64,000 nucleotides of DNA. Source: a virus. Below the pieces are notes generated by a model. The model made no database searches. It was not told the origin of the DNA and worked only from the letters and a program-made list of their open reading frames with translations. The stretch spans positions 1-64,000 of the IMG/VR virus record IMGVR_UViG_3300022602_001838; one strand, 5' to 3'. Below, piece after piece: positions 35,919 to 45,129 of the stretch. Position numbers and translations under genes: made by a program. Position 1 is the first letter of the stretch, and every line of letters begins with the position of its first letter.

Positions 35919-36857
35919 TTAATTCTCCTCGTATTTAAATTCAACACTATCTGGGTCCACAGAAGCACCGCGCCAAGATTTGATTTTTAGAACTTCATCG
36001 CCCCAGTTAGACTTCCAGTATTCACCGGTCCACTCTGCGTTACGCAAATAGCTACTACGACCAGCTGTCATAACTTCATACATACCTGTACGCACTGGGT
36101 TAATTTTCTTTGGGAACCAATCAGTTGTTGGATATGTAATACTATCTACATTGGTATAGCTCTCAATGCTGTCTGGCTGATAGATATAGCCACCCGAGAA
36201 ACCTGACTTCAACGCATAGAGAGTCATATCATAACCCTTACCATTGGTGTTCATATCCATATTGTCTAGTTCTTCACCGTCATATTGTGCGCCAGACATA
36301 ATCTCATTTCCATCAACATCGCAGAAAGTGATATTAAGTTTTTCGAGTTCAAACGGGGCTTTGAGTTCAATCTCTGTTTCAAAAAACGTGCCCTTTTCAC
36401 TGCTGACCCCATAGAACACTACTTTGTCTTTGGTGACGTGTTGATGAATGAATGCTTCATCACCGCCGTCTGTGGTAATATCATCTTCGCTGATATCACT
36501 CATATCTTTACGATAGACTATGTTTCCCTCTTCGTCCTCGATTTCAATGGTACCACCATTCATATCGACTCCGTTAACGTGTATTAGATTATCACACTCG
36601 TACCACTGATCTGGCGGAAAAGGCCACATTTCTTCGGGAATATTGTTTTCTTCTGCATACGAATCGTTATAACAAAACTCAGCAAAATCAAGACGGCGAT
36701 TTTTAAAGTAGTCATAGATTTTGCGATCTACGGTACCCATAGCATAATCACCACCATAGCCCCATACTCGCATGGTATATGTACGTGGAGTAAACTTCAA
36801 AAGTTCAATGAGTTTTTGATGTTCTGCGTTTTCTGTTTCGGGAGTTTGGTCAGACAT
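35919..36857 (-). CDS. Acidic hypothetical protein
   Basis: WGYGG, SEKGTFF; C-terminal TDWFP....PVRTG.YEV module. Confidence 0.7.
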   Translation of the reverse strand: MSDQTPETENAEHQKLIELLKFTPRTYTMRVWGYGGDYAMGTVDRKIYDYFKNRRLDFAEFCYNDSYAEENNIPEEMWPFPPDQWYECDNLIHVNGVDMNGGTIEIEDEEGNIVYRKDMSDISEDDITTDGGDEAFIHQHVTKDKVVFYGVSSEKGTFFETEIELKAPFELEKLNITFCDVDGNEIMSGAQYDGEELDNMDMNTNGKGYDMTLYALKSGFSGGYIYQPDSIESYTNVDSITYPTTDWFPKKINPVRTGMYEVMTAGRSSYLRNAEWTGEYWKSNWGDEVLKIKSWRGASVDPDSVEFKYEEN

Positions 36858-36883
36858 AATCATCCTTTGTGAATAGTGTTGTA

Positions 36884-36912
36884 ATTTTACTTTGAAGTGG
36901 CACTGCTGTCAA
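36884..36912 (-). promoter_or_regulatory. sigma70-type promoter TTGACA-17-TAAAAT
   Basis: Near-consensus boxes with a 17-bp spacer. Confidence 0.65.
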
Positions 36913-36929
36913 ATAAGTCCTAACCGAAC

Positions 36930-37109
36930 TCATAGTCCTTTAAGGGTTTTTATCATAACATATTGGTCAAACAGGTTGGTCAACTCTGACTCTTCTCCCA
37001 AATACCAACGACTGGCTGCTTCTAAACTCAGTGCAGCCAGTTGATCCTCGGTGAGATTTGGGTATTGCTCACGGGCCAAAGTTAACCAAATTTGTTTCTT
37101 ATCATCCAT
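36930..37109 (-). CDS. 59-aa hypothetical protein (MDDKKQIWLTLAREQYP...)
   Basis: Read manually; overlaps the stop of the glycosyltransferase. Confidence 0.55.
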   Translation of the reverse strand: MDDKKQIWLTLAREQYPNLTEDQLAALSLEAASRWYLGEESELTNLFDQYVMIKTLKGL

Positions 37110-38172
37110 GCAGATTGTCCAATAATGCCTGTGCTGAGAAAAAGTTATTGGTCAATGTTTGTGCTTGCTGATATACGTGACCAACAATGTCTTCTTGATT
37201 ACGCATCATATAGCGAATACGCTCAACCAACTCTGCTCGATGTGCAATATAACTATCCCAATCCTGAGTCCATTCACTTGGATATTTGAATTCTGTATCG
37301 TACATTTCTGTATATGACAGACGATCTGGAACTAACGGGATACTACCCAACAACGCACCTTCGTAGCAGCCAATACCCAATGTTTCTTGTAAACTGCAAC
37401 TAAACACAATCTTGCTTTCGGCAAGTAAACGATGATACGCATCTTTGGTAAGTTGGTGATCCTGACAAACAACAAACTCGTATTCGGGCATTTGCTGTGC
37501 CAAGTCACGGAAGATTTCCACTTGCTTCTCGGGAGCAATACGATGTGGGAATAAAATCAAATTGCGCTTGATAAAGTGCTTGTATGGGTACAGCGTCATT
37601 GGCATATACTCCATTGGCCACCCTGTACGCACGATCTTCCTAGTGGGCATGTAATCTTGCCGTGAGTCTCTGGTTTCACCAAACAGATTTGTTAAAAACA
37701 TTTGGATGTGAAACTGTGTGGCAAAGTAGTTGTGGTCGATTGCGTGGAAGAATGACTTTTCAGCGTGTCTAACCCAAGGAGCATCGCCAATTAACCTACC
37801 AAGAAAGTCTGCTGGGTCATAACTACCAGCATGCCATAGTGCGTGAATCTTAACTGGAATGTTAAGAAGCTCACTCATATATTTTAAGTTGATAATTCCA
37901 GGGTGCCAAGCATCAGTAAAGATAAAATGATCGCCGGCATTGATTGTGCCTGCGCAAAACAAACGACCAAGTTGCTCAACTTGGGCAGACTTATAAACAT
38001 TAGTTCCGCCAAAGTTAAGGAATGCTCCTGGGGTTGTGGCTGCTGGGATGTCTGTGGGGCCTTCAATAACTGTAACATCTTGTCCTCTACCTAAAAGTAA
38101 TTTTGGGATGTGGGTCTTCCATTGACCTGTGTAGCGTGTTTCTACGGGTTCGATATCTACAATGTAAATCAT
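37102..38172 (-). CDS. GT-B glycosyltransferase
   Basis: ILFPHRIAPEKQ and SLQETLGIGCYEG...G.IPLVPDRLSY.E (E-x7-E motif). Confidence 0.8.
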   Translation of the reverse strand: MIYIVDIEPVETRYTGQWKTHIPKLLLGRGQDVTVIEGPTDIPAATTPGAFLNFGGTNVYKSAQVEQLGRLFCAGTINAGDHFIFTDAWHPGIINLKYMSELLNIPVKIHALWHAGSYDPADFLGRLIGDAPWVRHAEKSFFHAIDHNYFATQFHIQMFLTNLFGETRDSRQDYMPTRKIVRTGWPMEYMPMTLYPYKHFIKRNLILFPHRIAPEKQVEIFRDLAQQMPEYEFVVCQDHQLTKDAYHRLLAESKIVFSCSLQETLGIGCYEGALLGSIPLVPDRLSYTEMYDTEFKYPSEWTQDWDSYIAHRAELVERIRYMMRNQEDIVGHVYQQAQTLTNNFFSAQALLDNLHG

Positions 38173-38255
38173 TATTTTTTACCCTGAGTTGTGATTAGAT
38201 TATACACTAAGTCTGCGAACATTGCATTACTCTTTTCACCCGTATACTAACAGTT

Positions 38256-38624
38256 TCATTTTTTCAAGTATGGCTCAAGATCAGGTGGAGTCCAGCCTAC
38301 TGGCTTGAGCACTTTGCCATCTTCACGCTTACGCACTTTGCCAGTTTCTTTGTCGATCTTGGCAAAGTTTGTACGCATTACTTCTTTCCACGCACCTTCA
38401 GCATCAAAGCCTGCGCTGTGAATAGCACCGACGGTAACAACTAGAATATCAATTAAGGCATCTAGTTGTTCTTTACGATTCTGAGCTTCTACGGCTTCGG
38501 TTAATTCTTTGTATTCTTCTTCGATGAGATTGAGATACAGCCCGTATTGATCTACGTTCATATTGTCTGTGCTTTGGTCACAGGCCCGCATAAATTTTTC
38601 TTGGTCTCTAAATGGATTTGTCAT
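38256..38624 (-). CDS. MazG/PRA-PH-like all-alpha NTP pyrophosphatase
   Basis: LIEEEYKEL...LDALID...EVMRTNFAK...REDGKVLKP. Confidence 0.82.
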   Translation of the reverse strand: MTNPFRDQEKFMRACDQSTDNMNVDQYGLYLNLIEEEYKELTEAVEAQNRKEQLDALIDILVVTVGAIHSAGFDAEGAWKEVMRTNFAKIDKETGKVRKREDGKVLKPVGWTPPDLEPYLKK

Positions 38625-39199
38625 GAGTATAACTTCTGTAGGTCTAAAATGATTTCTTGTTCTGCACGTTTAACTAACTGCCACCAACGTTGATGTATTT
38701 GTGCAGCCTGTTCGTAGTAGTCTCTTAGTTCGAACCACTGAACAATCTTTCTGTACAATTCAACATCTAGTTGGGGTTTAAACAAATCTGCACTATCAAC
38801 GATCAACATATTGCTGTTGTTCAGCGAATGAATGCGATTGTTGTATTCCACAGTTTTTTCTTTAAATGTATGCACCAACGTAGTATTTAGGTTTGTGTTA
38901 AACTTTACATAATGTTTAAAAGCTAAATCTGGATCAGTTACCAATGCACAGTATTTTACATCAGACCGTAACTCACGTAAATGACTGAAAGCAATAAGCT
39001 GATCCAGTTCCATTCTCCACCGCCATTCGTAGTTGAGCCAGTTTTGCCAATTACGATCATCAGTGTAGACAAACTTGTTTATGAAAGCAAAGTTATCGGG
39101 TGCAAGGTCTCTGAAATATGAAAACTCAGGATCTAGCAACAGTAACCATCTAAGATGATTACCGCCACTACCTATGCACCCAATGACTTCACGTTTCAT
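38621..39199 (-). CDS. Hypothetical protein (possible sulfotransferase-like fold)
   Basis: GSGGNHLRWLL N-terminal loop. Confidence 0.5.
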   Translation of the reverse strand: MKREVIGCIGSGGNHLRWLLLLDPEFSYFRDLAPDNFAFINKFVYTDDRNWQNWLNYEWRWRMELDQLIAFSHLRELRSDVKYCALVTDPDLAFKHYVKFNTNLNTTLVHTFKEKTVEYNNRIHSLNNSNMLIVDSADLFKPQLDVELYRKIVQWFELRDYYEQAAQIHQRWWQLVKRAEQEIILDLQKLYS

Positions 39200-39468
39200 T
39201 AGTAAGAACGAACTTTCCAATTGGTGTTCGTGTCACGTGGGCGGAACTCACGCTTCTCTTTGGGATATGGACTCCAGTTGTCCTTTGGATGCTTACCGTT
39301 TTTAACACGTTGCATCTCACCCCACGGGGTCTTCTCGTTGTACAAATGACTTTCATCATATACATAGCCCTGCTTTTTGCAGAATACCAAGTATTCTTCG
39401 AGGTCATCGAAAATGTTGCGTACATCTTTAGACATACGGAAATATTTTTGTAAATGTTCATTAGCCAT
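39199..39468 (-). CDS. Hypothetical protein
   Basis: AAGGA RBS; FDDLE.Y..FC...GY.YDE..LY. Confidence 0.7.
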   Translation of the reverse strand: MANEHLQKYFRMSKDVRNIFDDLEEYLVFCKKQGYVYDESHLYNEKTPWGEMQRVKNGKHPKDNWSPYPKEKREFRPRDTNTNWKVRSY

Positions 39469-39479
39469 AGTTTTTCCTT

Positions 39480-39920
39480 TTAAACGCTAATAAGTTGTGG
39501 TTTTGAAACTTCGTACTTGATTAACGCACCGTTCTCTCCGTCTTCACTGACTTCGATCCATACGGCACGATTGGGATATCGTTCTGCGATTTTTAAGTAT
39601 AAGTCATCGCTCATCATTTCGCAAGACTTGTAGTCCAGTTTAAGAACACTGTCTCGGTAGAGATTTTCCAACCAGCGCTTAAACTGGATGAATTCAATAT
39701 CTCGGTCATTGTGGAGTACATCGATCCAGACACGAAAATGAAAAATATGACGATGAGGTGTACCGAGAAAACTAACATCGTACTCGTCACCAGTTGCCAA
39801 AGTAGGATCAGTCGCTGCTGCGGGGTAGCAGTGAATACCCTCTTTCTGAAATGTAATCCAAATTTTTCTGTCTGCACGTTGTTTGATTCTTTCAATTGTG
39901 TCTCGTTCATCTTGTGTCAT
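39480..39920 (-). CDS. dpdL: QueD paralog, DpdL-like (putative CDG decarboxylase giving 7-deazaguanine)
   Basis: T-fold-like protein with LGTPHRHIF (LxxxHRHxF), DRDIEF, SCEM and VSEDGENG; lies in the operon downstream of the TGT-like gene. Confidence 0.7.
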   Translation of the reverse strand: MTQDERDTIERIKQRADRKIWITFQKEGIHCYPAAATDPTLATGDEYDVSFLGTPHRHIFHFRVWIDVLHNDRDIEFIQFKRWLENLYRDSVLKLDYKSCEMMSDDLYLKIAERYPNRAVWIEVSEDGENGALIKYEVSKPQLISV

Positions 39921-40450
39921 AGTGGGGTATCTCCTGTATAGTCTTTCCAGTCTGTGTAAACATCACGAGTCATTAGCTCGTTCAGTGGATGGCACCAAAC
40001 GCCGGGGTTGCTGTGACCCCAAGTAGTGTCGTCGATCTTTAGTGTAGCGTTGTAGTTGAACTGCTGAATATAGGGCAGTTTAACGCTGATCATGGGGATA
40101 AAGTTGAAATGCTCATTCCAACCAAATTCAAGTACTTCGGGAGCGTACTCTACTCCAAAGTCTAATGTAACCCACAAGCCAGCTTTGAGCAAGTCTGTGA
40201 TAAACTTATCCCACGCAGACCAATCTTCGTTTGTTTTGGGTGTGAAGCACTGACTTGTGCCAAGATATACGTGATTAACGTCTGCTGACATTGCAGAGTT
40301 AAATCTGTAGATACGTATTTGTTCTCGAACTTCTTCTAATGTTTTAATACCCACAACAAACAAGGTTAGTTTACCCTTCATTGTGGTATTCTCTACTTCG
40401 GTGCCAACAAAGTAATCTACTTGTTGACGACCGTCTGTATCAATTGCCAT
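39917..40450 (-). CDS. Hypothetical protein in the dpdA-dpdL operon
   Basis: FVGTEVE.T...TLFVVG...KIDD......NPGVW; start placed at MAIDTDG. Confidence 0.7.
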   Translation of the reverse strand: MAIDTDGRQQVDYFVGTEVENTTMKGKLTLFVVGIKTLEEVREQIRIYRFNSAMSADVNHVYLGTSQCFTPKTNEDWSAWDKFITDLLKAGLWVTLDFGVEYAPEVLEFGWNEHFNFIPMISVKLPYIQQFNYNATLKIDDTTWGHSNPGVWCHPLNELMTRDVYTDWKDYTGDTPL

Positions 40451-41348
40451 CTTGTGACCAATAAATGTAACCTCGGCTATAGTTTTGAGGTCTGTTGTAG
40501 CCATCGGCAAACGCCTGTTGCCATTCTGTGTCTCTATTATAGCCCTTAGTCCAAAACTTGTCAATGTTTAACTCGCCCTTTTGGATAAGTCTGACTGCGT
40601 GATACATACTTTCTTGGAACCATTTTGTTCTGGGACTTGGAAATACCACTGTACAGGCCTTCCAAAGCAAGTTTGCAAAGTCTGTAGTTACTGATTTTTG
40701 TACGCCAAAGATAACAAGTGCTTCGTTGCGTAGAATGGGCTGTGTGAATACTTCATCTCCGTCGCCCAAATCAATCACAACATCATAATCGCCCACGGGC
40801 TTGTCTTGTAGTCTATTGCCCCATAGGTCACGATTGCTGCGTCCCACAACTTCGATTTCAAAGTTTAAATTGCGATGTACTAAATCTGTATATGCAACCC
40901 AAGCCAAGAAGCCACTGCCAATAATCAGCAATCTAGCTCCTACACGATCCCGACTAAGCAATGCTGCAATGTCTTGTCTGACAATGTTAAGTCCACAGGC
41001 CACTGGTTCAATGATGTATTTAGGATCAGCTTCGGGTACTGTGACATATTCATTGGCTCTGACATTGTAGTAATCTGCATAAGCAGGCTCGCCTCGTGTA
41101 GCGACAATGTTACCCACTTGTGTGCGCCCAATATTCTTGCCTACTTTGGTAACGATGCCCAGACCCTCGTGTCCCTGCATTTCTAAGGGCAACGGACCAA
41201 ACTCGCCCATCATCATGGCAATGTCACTGCGACATACACCAGTCATCACAGCACGAACTTCAATCTCGTCGTCTGTGGGTTCTGGCTTATCCCATTGAGT
41301 TTCGACAAAGTTACCTTTGCCATCAGTTGATAATAATCTTACTTGCAT
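40440..41348 (-). CDS. MDR-family (Zn alcohol/sugar) dehydrogenase-like protein
   Basis: GVCRSD, GHEGLG, IEPVACG and IIGSGF motifs; lacks the structural-Zn Cys4 lobe. Confidence 0.8.
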   Translation of the reverse strand: MQVRLLSTDGKGNFVETQWDKPEPTDDEIEVRAVMTGVCRSDIAMMMGEFGPLPLEMQGHEGLGIVTKVGKNIGRTQVGNIVATRGEPAYADYYNVRANEYVTVPEADPKYIIEPVACGLNIVRQDIAALLSRDRVGARLLIIGSGFLAWVAYTDLVHRNLNFEIEVVGRSNRDLWGNRLQDKPVGDYDVVIDLGDGDEVFTQPILRNEALVIFGVQKSVTTDFANLLWKACTVVFPSPRTKWFQESMYHAVRLIQKGELNIDKFWTKGYNRDTEWQQAFADGYNRPQNYSRGYIYWSQDGN

Positions 41349-42202
41349 AGTTCGTCTATTTTAGCATGAATCCATAAGTCTTGTTGCAATTGTGTTTGCC
41401 AAAACTCTGCGTTGTCTCTGTTGTTGATTGCATCTATGACCATAGCCTTGTATGCACTCTCGGGGCACAAGCCAAGTTCAAATTCTTGTTTGTCAAATCT
41501 TATACTGCGGTCATCAGCAGTATCATCTTTCCAATCCGCATATAAGATCCAACGATCATCGAAATACACCGTTGCATGGTCATCAACATCATATGTGCCA
41601 TCGGGATCAACGTTGCCATATTCAGAACCAGTTAGTTTGTCCAATGTCCAAAACTGTCCCATGCTACTGTCTGTGACAGGTGTAGTCATCCAATTTGGAT
41701 TCAATGCAATGTACAAACTCAGTAGGTGTGGCATTAAGTCTCTGCTGACTCCGCCATAGGCCAATGATTTAGTAGTGAACCAACTACCTGGATTTGGCAC
41801 ACGGTCTTTATTGACCCAAGTGATTTCTATCTGGGCAGCATTAGCAGCGGCCTTTTGCAAGTCTGCAATGTTGTCACGCCACATATTGTTCTTGCTCATC
41901 ATAAAGCGTGTGCTGGGATAATCCTGAACAAGTTGTTGCCACGCTTCTGCTGTAGCAACTCCGGGCTTCTCAATGATAATGATATCACAGGCTGGAGCAA
42001 TCTTACGAGCAATCTTGATATGCGTAAAGTTGGGAGTGCAGATATGTGCAACATCAAACGCACTATTCTCTCGAATAGCGTCATCTACTGTAGCGTAATC
42101 TGCTGTGCCATTTGTATCTACGGTGACAATATCATTGACTAAATCAGTATGCACACTCTTATAGAGGTTGCCAAACCCCATGCCTACAATCAATACTTTC
42201 AT
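41339..42202 (-). CDS. Gfo/Idh/MocA-family oxidoreductase
   Basis: IVGMGFG, ICTPNFTH, EKP and GGVSRDLMPHLLS motifs. Confidence 0.85.
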   Translation of the reverse strand: MKVLIVGMGFGNLYKSVHTDLVNDIVTVDTNGTADYATVDDAIRENSAFDVAHICTPNFTHIKIARKIAPACDIIIIEKPGVATAEAWQQLVQDYPSTRFMMSKNNMWRDNIADLQKAAANAAQIEITWVNKDRVPNPGSWFTTKSLAYGGVSRDLMPHLLSLYIALNPNWMTTPVTDSSMGQFWTLDKLTGSEYGNVDPDGTYDVDDHATVYFDDRWILYADWKDDTADDRSIRFDKQEFELGLCPESAYKAMVIDAINNRDNAEFWQTQLQQDLWIHAKIDELCK

Positions 42203-43737
42203 ACTTCCTCTGGATTATCGTTAATGTCTTCTGGATTGAATTCGTTTTCGTCTAGTTCGACTTCTTCTGAGTCGAACAGAGCATTAAACATAGTTGTAGC
42301 ATTACGAGCCTTCTTGCCAGTGTATCCACGAGTGCCAGCAATCTCAAGCCAATAGTTTGCATATTGTTCAATAAGATCCAAGCTGGCCTCTTTAGTGGGG
42401 GCAGCAAAGATTCGTTCAACAACTTCATCAAACTTGTCCTGAGTCGGCGCACTGTAGCGCATCATCTTTGGATATTCGCCTGCATCGTATCTGCGATTGG
42501 CTTCTTGCACTGCTGTGATGTGCATCCAGCAGTTATGTGCCTTCAACAAGATATAACTGAATCCATCCCAGCTACTCTTACCCTCCTTGCCAATCTTGTT
42601 CAGATCGCCTGGCTTGTAATAGCAAACATCTCGAATCTGCATCAGGTCACTGACTGGGCTGTCTTCAAATACTTTGTAGAATCCATCTTGCACAACTGCA
42701 TCACTGAGTTTGCGTGTGTCTGTTGAATACTTCTTATCGTCAGCAAACTTGTACATACGATAGCTCCAACGTCCATTATTTGGAAAACTACGTTCGTGAT
42801 AGACTTGTCCATTTGCTGCTGCCAAGAACGGACTTGCACAGTCAAAACTGATTTGAAAGTTTGGATTTGCATACTTACGAACTGCACGTTGAACTGCTGT
42901 GAGCAACACAGCCCATTCTAGTTTGCTTGTGCCCAAGAAGTGCATCCAATCGTGTACACCTTCTTGTAACAGGCCATCATACTTCAATGTAATCAGTCTG
43001 CGCAAAATCAAATGAATGTCACACATATTTTGTCCACCCATTGCCCAACCATTAAAGTGATTGTCTGGATACTTCGTTGGATCACAGTAGTGCTTCATGG
43101 TCTCGTACCATTCATCTGCGTCTGTGTGATTTGCACCCTGTAATACATTCAAGAACTTAGTACCACCATTCTTAACGCCCTTGCGATTGTTAATAAAGTA
43201 CTCATTGTTGAACTTAGTTGCATCAACTGCTTCTTGGTGGCTAGTAATTTGTGTGGCCTTCATACCAGCTGGCTCTCTGACGATCCAAGTTGGGATATCC
43301 AGAATCATTGCATAGTCTGTCAACGTGTCTAGCCAATTCAACACATCACGGCGTTTCTTGTCTGCTTTGGGACAGCCACTACCAGCACGCCAGTCGCCTT
43401 CCCATTTACCTTTACCGATCTGAAATCCGCCTGAGTCACCCAACATAAAAGTGCCCTTTTCACGATTTCTGACCATGTCTTCGCTCTTAACAACTTTATT
43501 AAGATCCAGGCTGGCGTGACCAGCACTGTACAGACTCCATTTATATGGAAAGAATCCATCCTGACTATTCCACCAGTTAAGATTCTCTACAGTGGTCATA
43601 CCCTTGGGCAATCTGCCACGGCTTTCTTCGTACTTGTCGAATCGCTCTTGTCCAATAGCTGTGCTAAAGTGTCCGCCAATGGCTGGCAAGAACAGTGCAT
43701 AATCGCTTTGCTTACTGGTTAAATCATCACGTGCCAT
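42199..43737 (-). CDS. dpdA: Divergent tRNA-guanine transglycosylase-like 7-deazaguanine insertase (DpdA, probably DpdA3-type)
   Basis: GDSGGFQ, ILDIP, VLQG, GWAMGG, HFLG and SFDCASP occur in TGT barrel order; folE/queD/queE are in the same window. Confidence 0.8.
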   Translation of the reverse strand: MARDDLTSKQSDYALFLPAIGGHFSTAIGQERFDKYEESRGRLPKGMTTVENLNWWNSQDGFFPYKWSLYSAGHASLDLNKVVKSEDMVRNREKGTFMLGDSGGFQIGKGKWEGDWRAGSGCPKADKKRRDVLNWLDTLTDYAMILDIPTWIVREPAGMKATQITSHQEAVDATKFNNEYFINNRKGVKNGGTKFLNVLQGANHTDADEWYETMKHYCDPTKYPDNHFNGWAMGGQNMCDIHLILRRLITLKYDGLLQEGVHDWMHFLGTSKLEWAVLLTAVQRAVRKYANPNFQISFDCASPFLAAANGQVYHERSFPNNGRWSYRMYKFADDKKYSTDTRKLSDAVVQDGFYKVFEDSPVSDLMQIRDVCYYKPGDLNKIGKEGKSSWDGFSYILLKAHNCWMHITAVQEANRRYDAGEYPKMMRYSAPTQDKFDEVVERIFAAPTKEASLDLIEQYANYWLEIAGTRGYTGKKARNATTMFNALFDSEEVELDENEFNPEDINDNPEEV

Positions 43738-44350
43738 AAAATTTTACTTGTTCTATTAATTTGTAATCGTCAGCAAAATGCTGTTTTAATCTGTCAACGT
43801 ATTTAGGATTGTTATCCAGAATTGTTTGAAAAATCTGTTTGAATCGTTTGCGATCTGGACTATTTTCGCTTACGTGCTGATAATCATAGTTTTCATATTT
43901 GTTATGTCCAAGATGCTCAAATACAAACTTGCTAAAATTACTACGATACTCTGTGTTGCACATCATAAATGTGCAGTTGTCTGTGTCTAGACCTTCAATG
44001 AATTTAATCTGATGTTCGGTGTGATCGTCAAATGTTATTCTATCAAATATCAATTGCTCTGTCTCATAAAATGGGACTTGCATTGTTGGATGATATAGTG
44101 TCAAGTACTCAGCAATGCCACTAAGCCAACGGTCAATGGGGTCACGCAGAACAACCAATGCTGGTTTGTCTAGTTTGTCTGTGTGATAATTATAAAACTC
44201 CCAACCCCAGTCTAGTAAATTGGGTTTAGTCCAAGAACTGGCATTTTTGGGAATGTGAACGTACATTAGGGCATACTCTGGGTGAGTCATACACTCCCCA
44301 AAGATATGACCTTTATGCTGCCATTCAGCAATACTACGTTCTATGATCAC
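43727..44350 (-). CDS. Sulfotransferase family 2 protein
   Basis: VHIPKNASS (5'-PSB), LRDPIDRWLS (3'-PB) and C-terminal F.DDY.L. Confidence 0.75.
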   Translation of the reverse strand: MIIERSIAEWQHKGHIFGECMTHPEYALMYVHIPKNASSWTKPNLLDWGWEFYNYHTDKLDKPALVVLRDPIDRWLSGIAEYLTLYHPTMQVPFYETEQLIFDRITFDDHTEHQIKFIEGLDTDNCTFMMCNTEYRSNFSKFVFEHLGHNKYENYDYQHVSENSPDRKRFKQIFQTILDNNPKYVDRLKQHFADDYKLIEQVKFYGT

Positions 44351-45084
44351 TTGGTCAGTGCTGGCAAGATGTAGTTGTATTCAATTAGACCACTGTCAAC
44401 AGTAATCATACTAGCACCATCATCGCTCATACGATAAGTCTTATCTCCCGGCAATGCTAGAATTGAGAGTACTGTTGCTACTGGCCAGTGCCATTGTGTC
44501 TTGGTGAAGTTGCCGCTTACGCCACTGGCAAAAACAAAGTTACCAGCGTGTGAGTTTGGATCACCGAAGAAGAATTTCAGATCGCCATTTTCTGTCTTTG
44601 CAGTAAACGATGTTTCTTCACTGTTTGCTGCTGCCTGAAAACGCAGACGCTGAATGTTTTGCACTGTTGGTGCAAACTCAACATTCCATTTAGCGCCACG
44701 GAACTTGACAGATTTCAATTTGTCATTGATAATGCCTTCTGCCATATAACGATAATCGTTTTTGAAGTCGCCTGCTGCGTTTTCGAAATGAAGTCCGCTG
44801 GGCACAGTATCGCCATTTGTGTCAGTTTGTGTGTTGACTGTGATTTTTGCGTTCTCACGATACTCGTCAATGCCCAGAATTGTTTTCAGTTTGCTGAGAT
44901 TGGGCATACCGAAAGTACCAATAAAGTCTGGGTGTGCTGATTTGAATTTGGCTTCAAGAATAACACTGCGGTCTTCGCTGATGCTGTTGATAAGTGTTTC
45001 GTTTTGTGTGCCAGTGATTTTGATAAGATCAATGTTGTTCAAGCCATGTGTATGTTGAACAATGTCTTTTAGATAGTCTTGCAT
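44347..45084 (-). CDS. Probable DNA polymerase sliding clamp (gp45/PCNA-like)
   Basis: 245 aa with a two-domain beta/alpha pattern (FG..NL..L..IL; ends Y.YILP); AGGAG RBS; near polB. Fold is inferred. Confidence 0.55.
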   Translation of the reverse strand: MQDYLKDIVQHTHGLNNIDLIKITGTQNETLINSISEDRSVILEAKFKSAHPDFIGTFGMPNLSKLKTILGIDEYRENAKITVNTQTDTNGDTVPSGLHFENAAGDFKNDYRYMAEGIINDKLKSVKFRGAKWNVEFAPTVQNIQRLRFQAAANSEETSFTAKTENGDLKFFFGDPNSHAGNFVFASGVSGNFTKTQWHWPVATVLSILALPGDKTYRMSDDGASMITVDSGLIEYNYILPALTK

Positions 45085-45129
45085 AATATACTCCTAGTGT
45101 GTTGATTGTAACTTTTTTATTTAGGTTTT

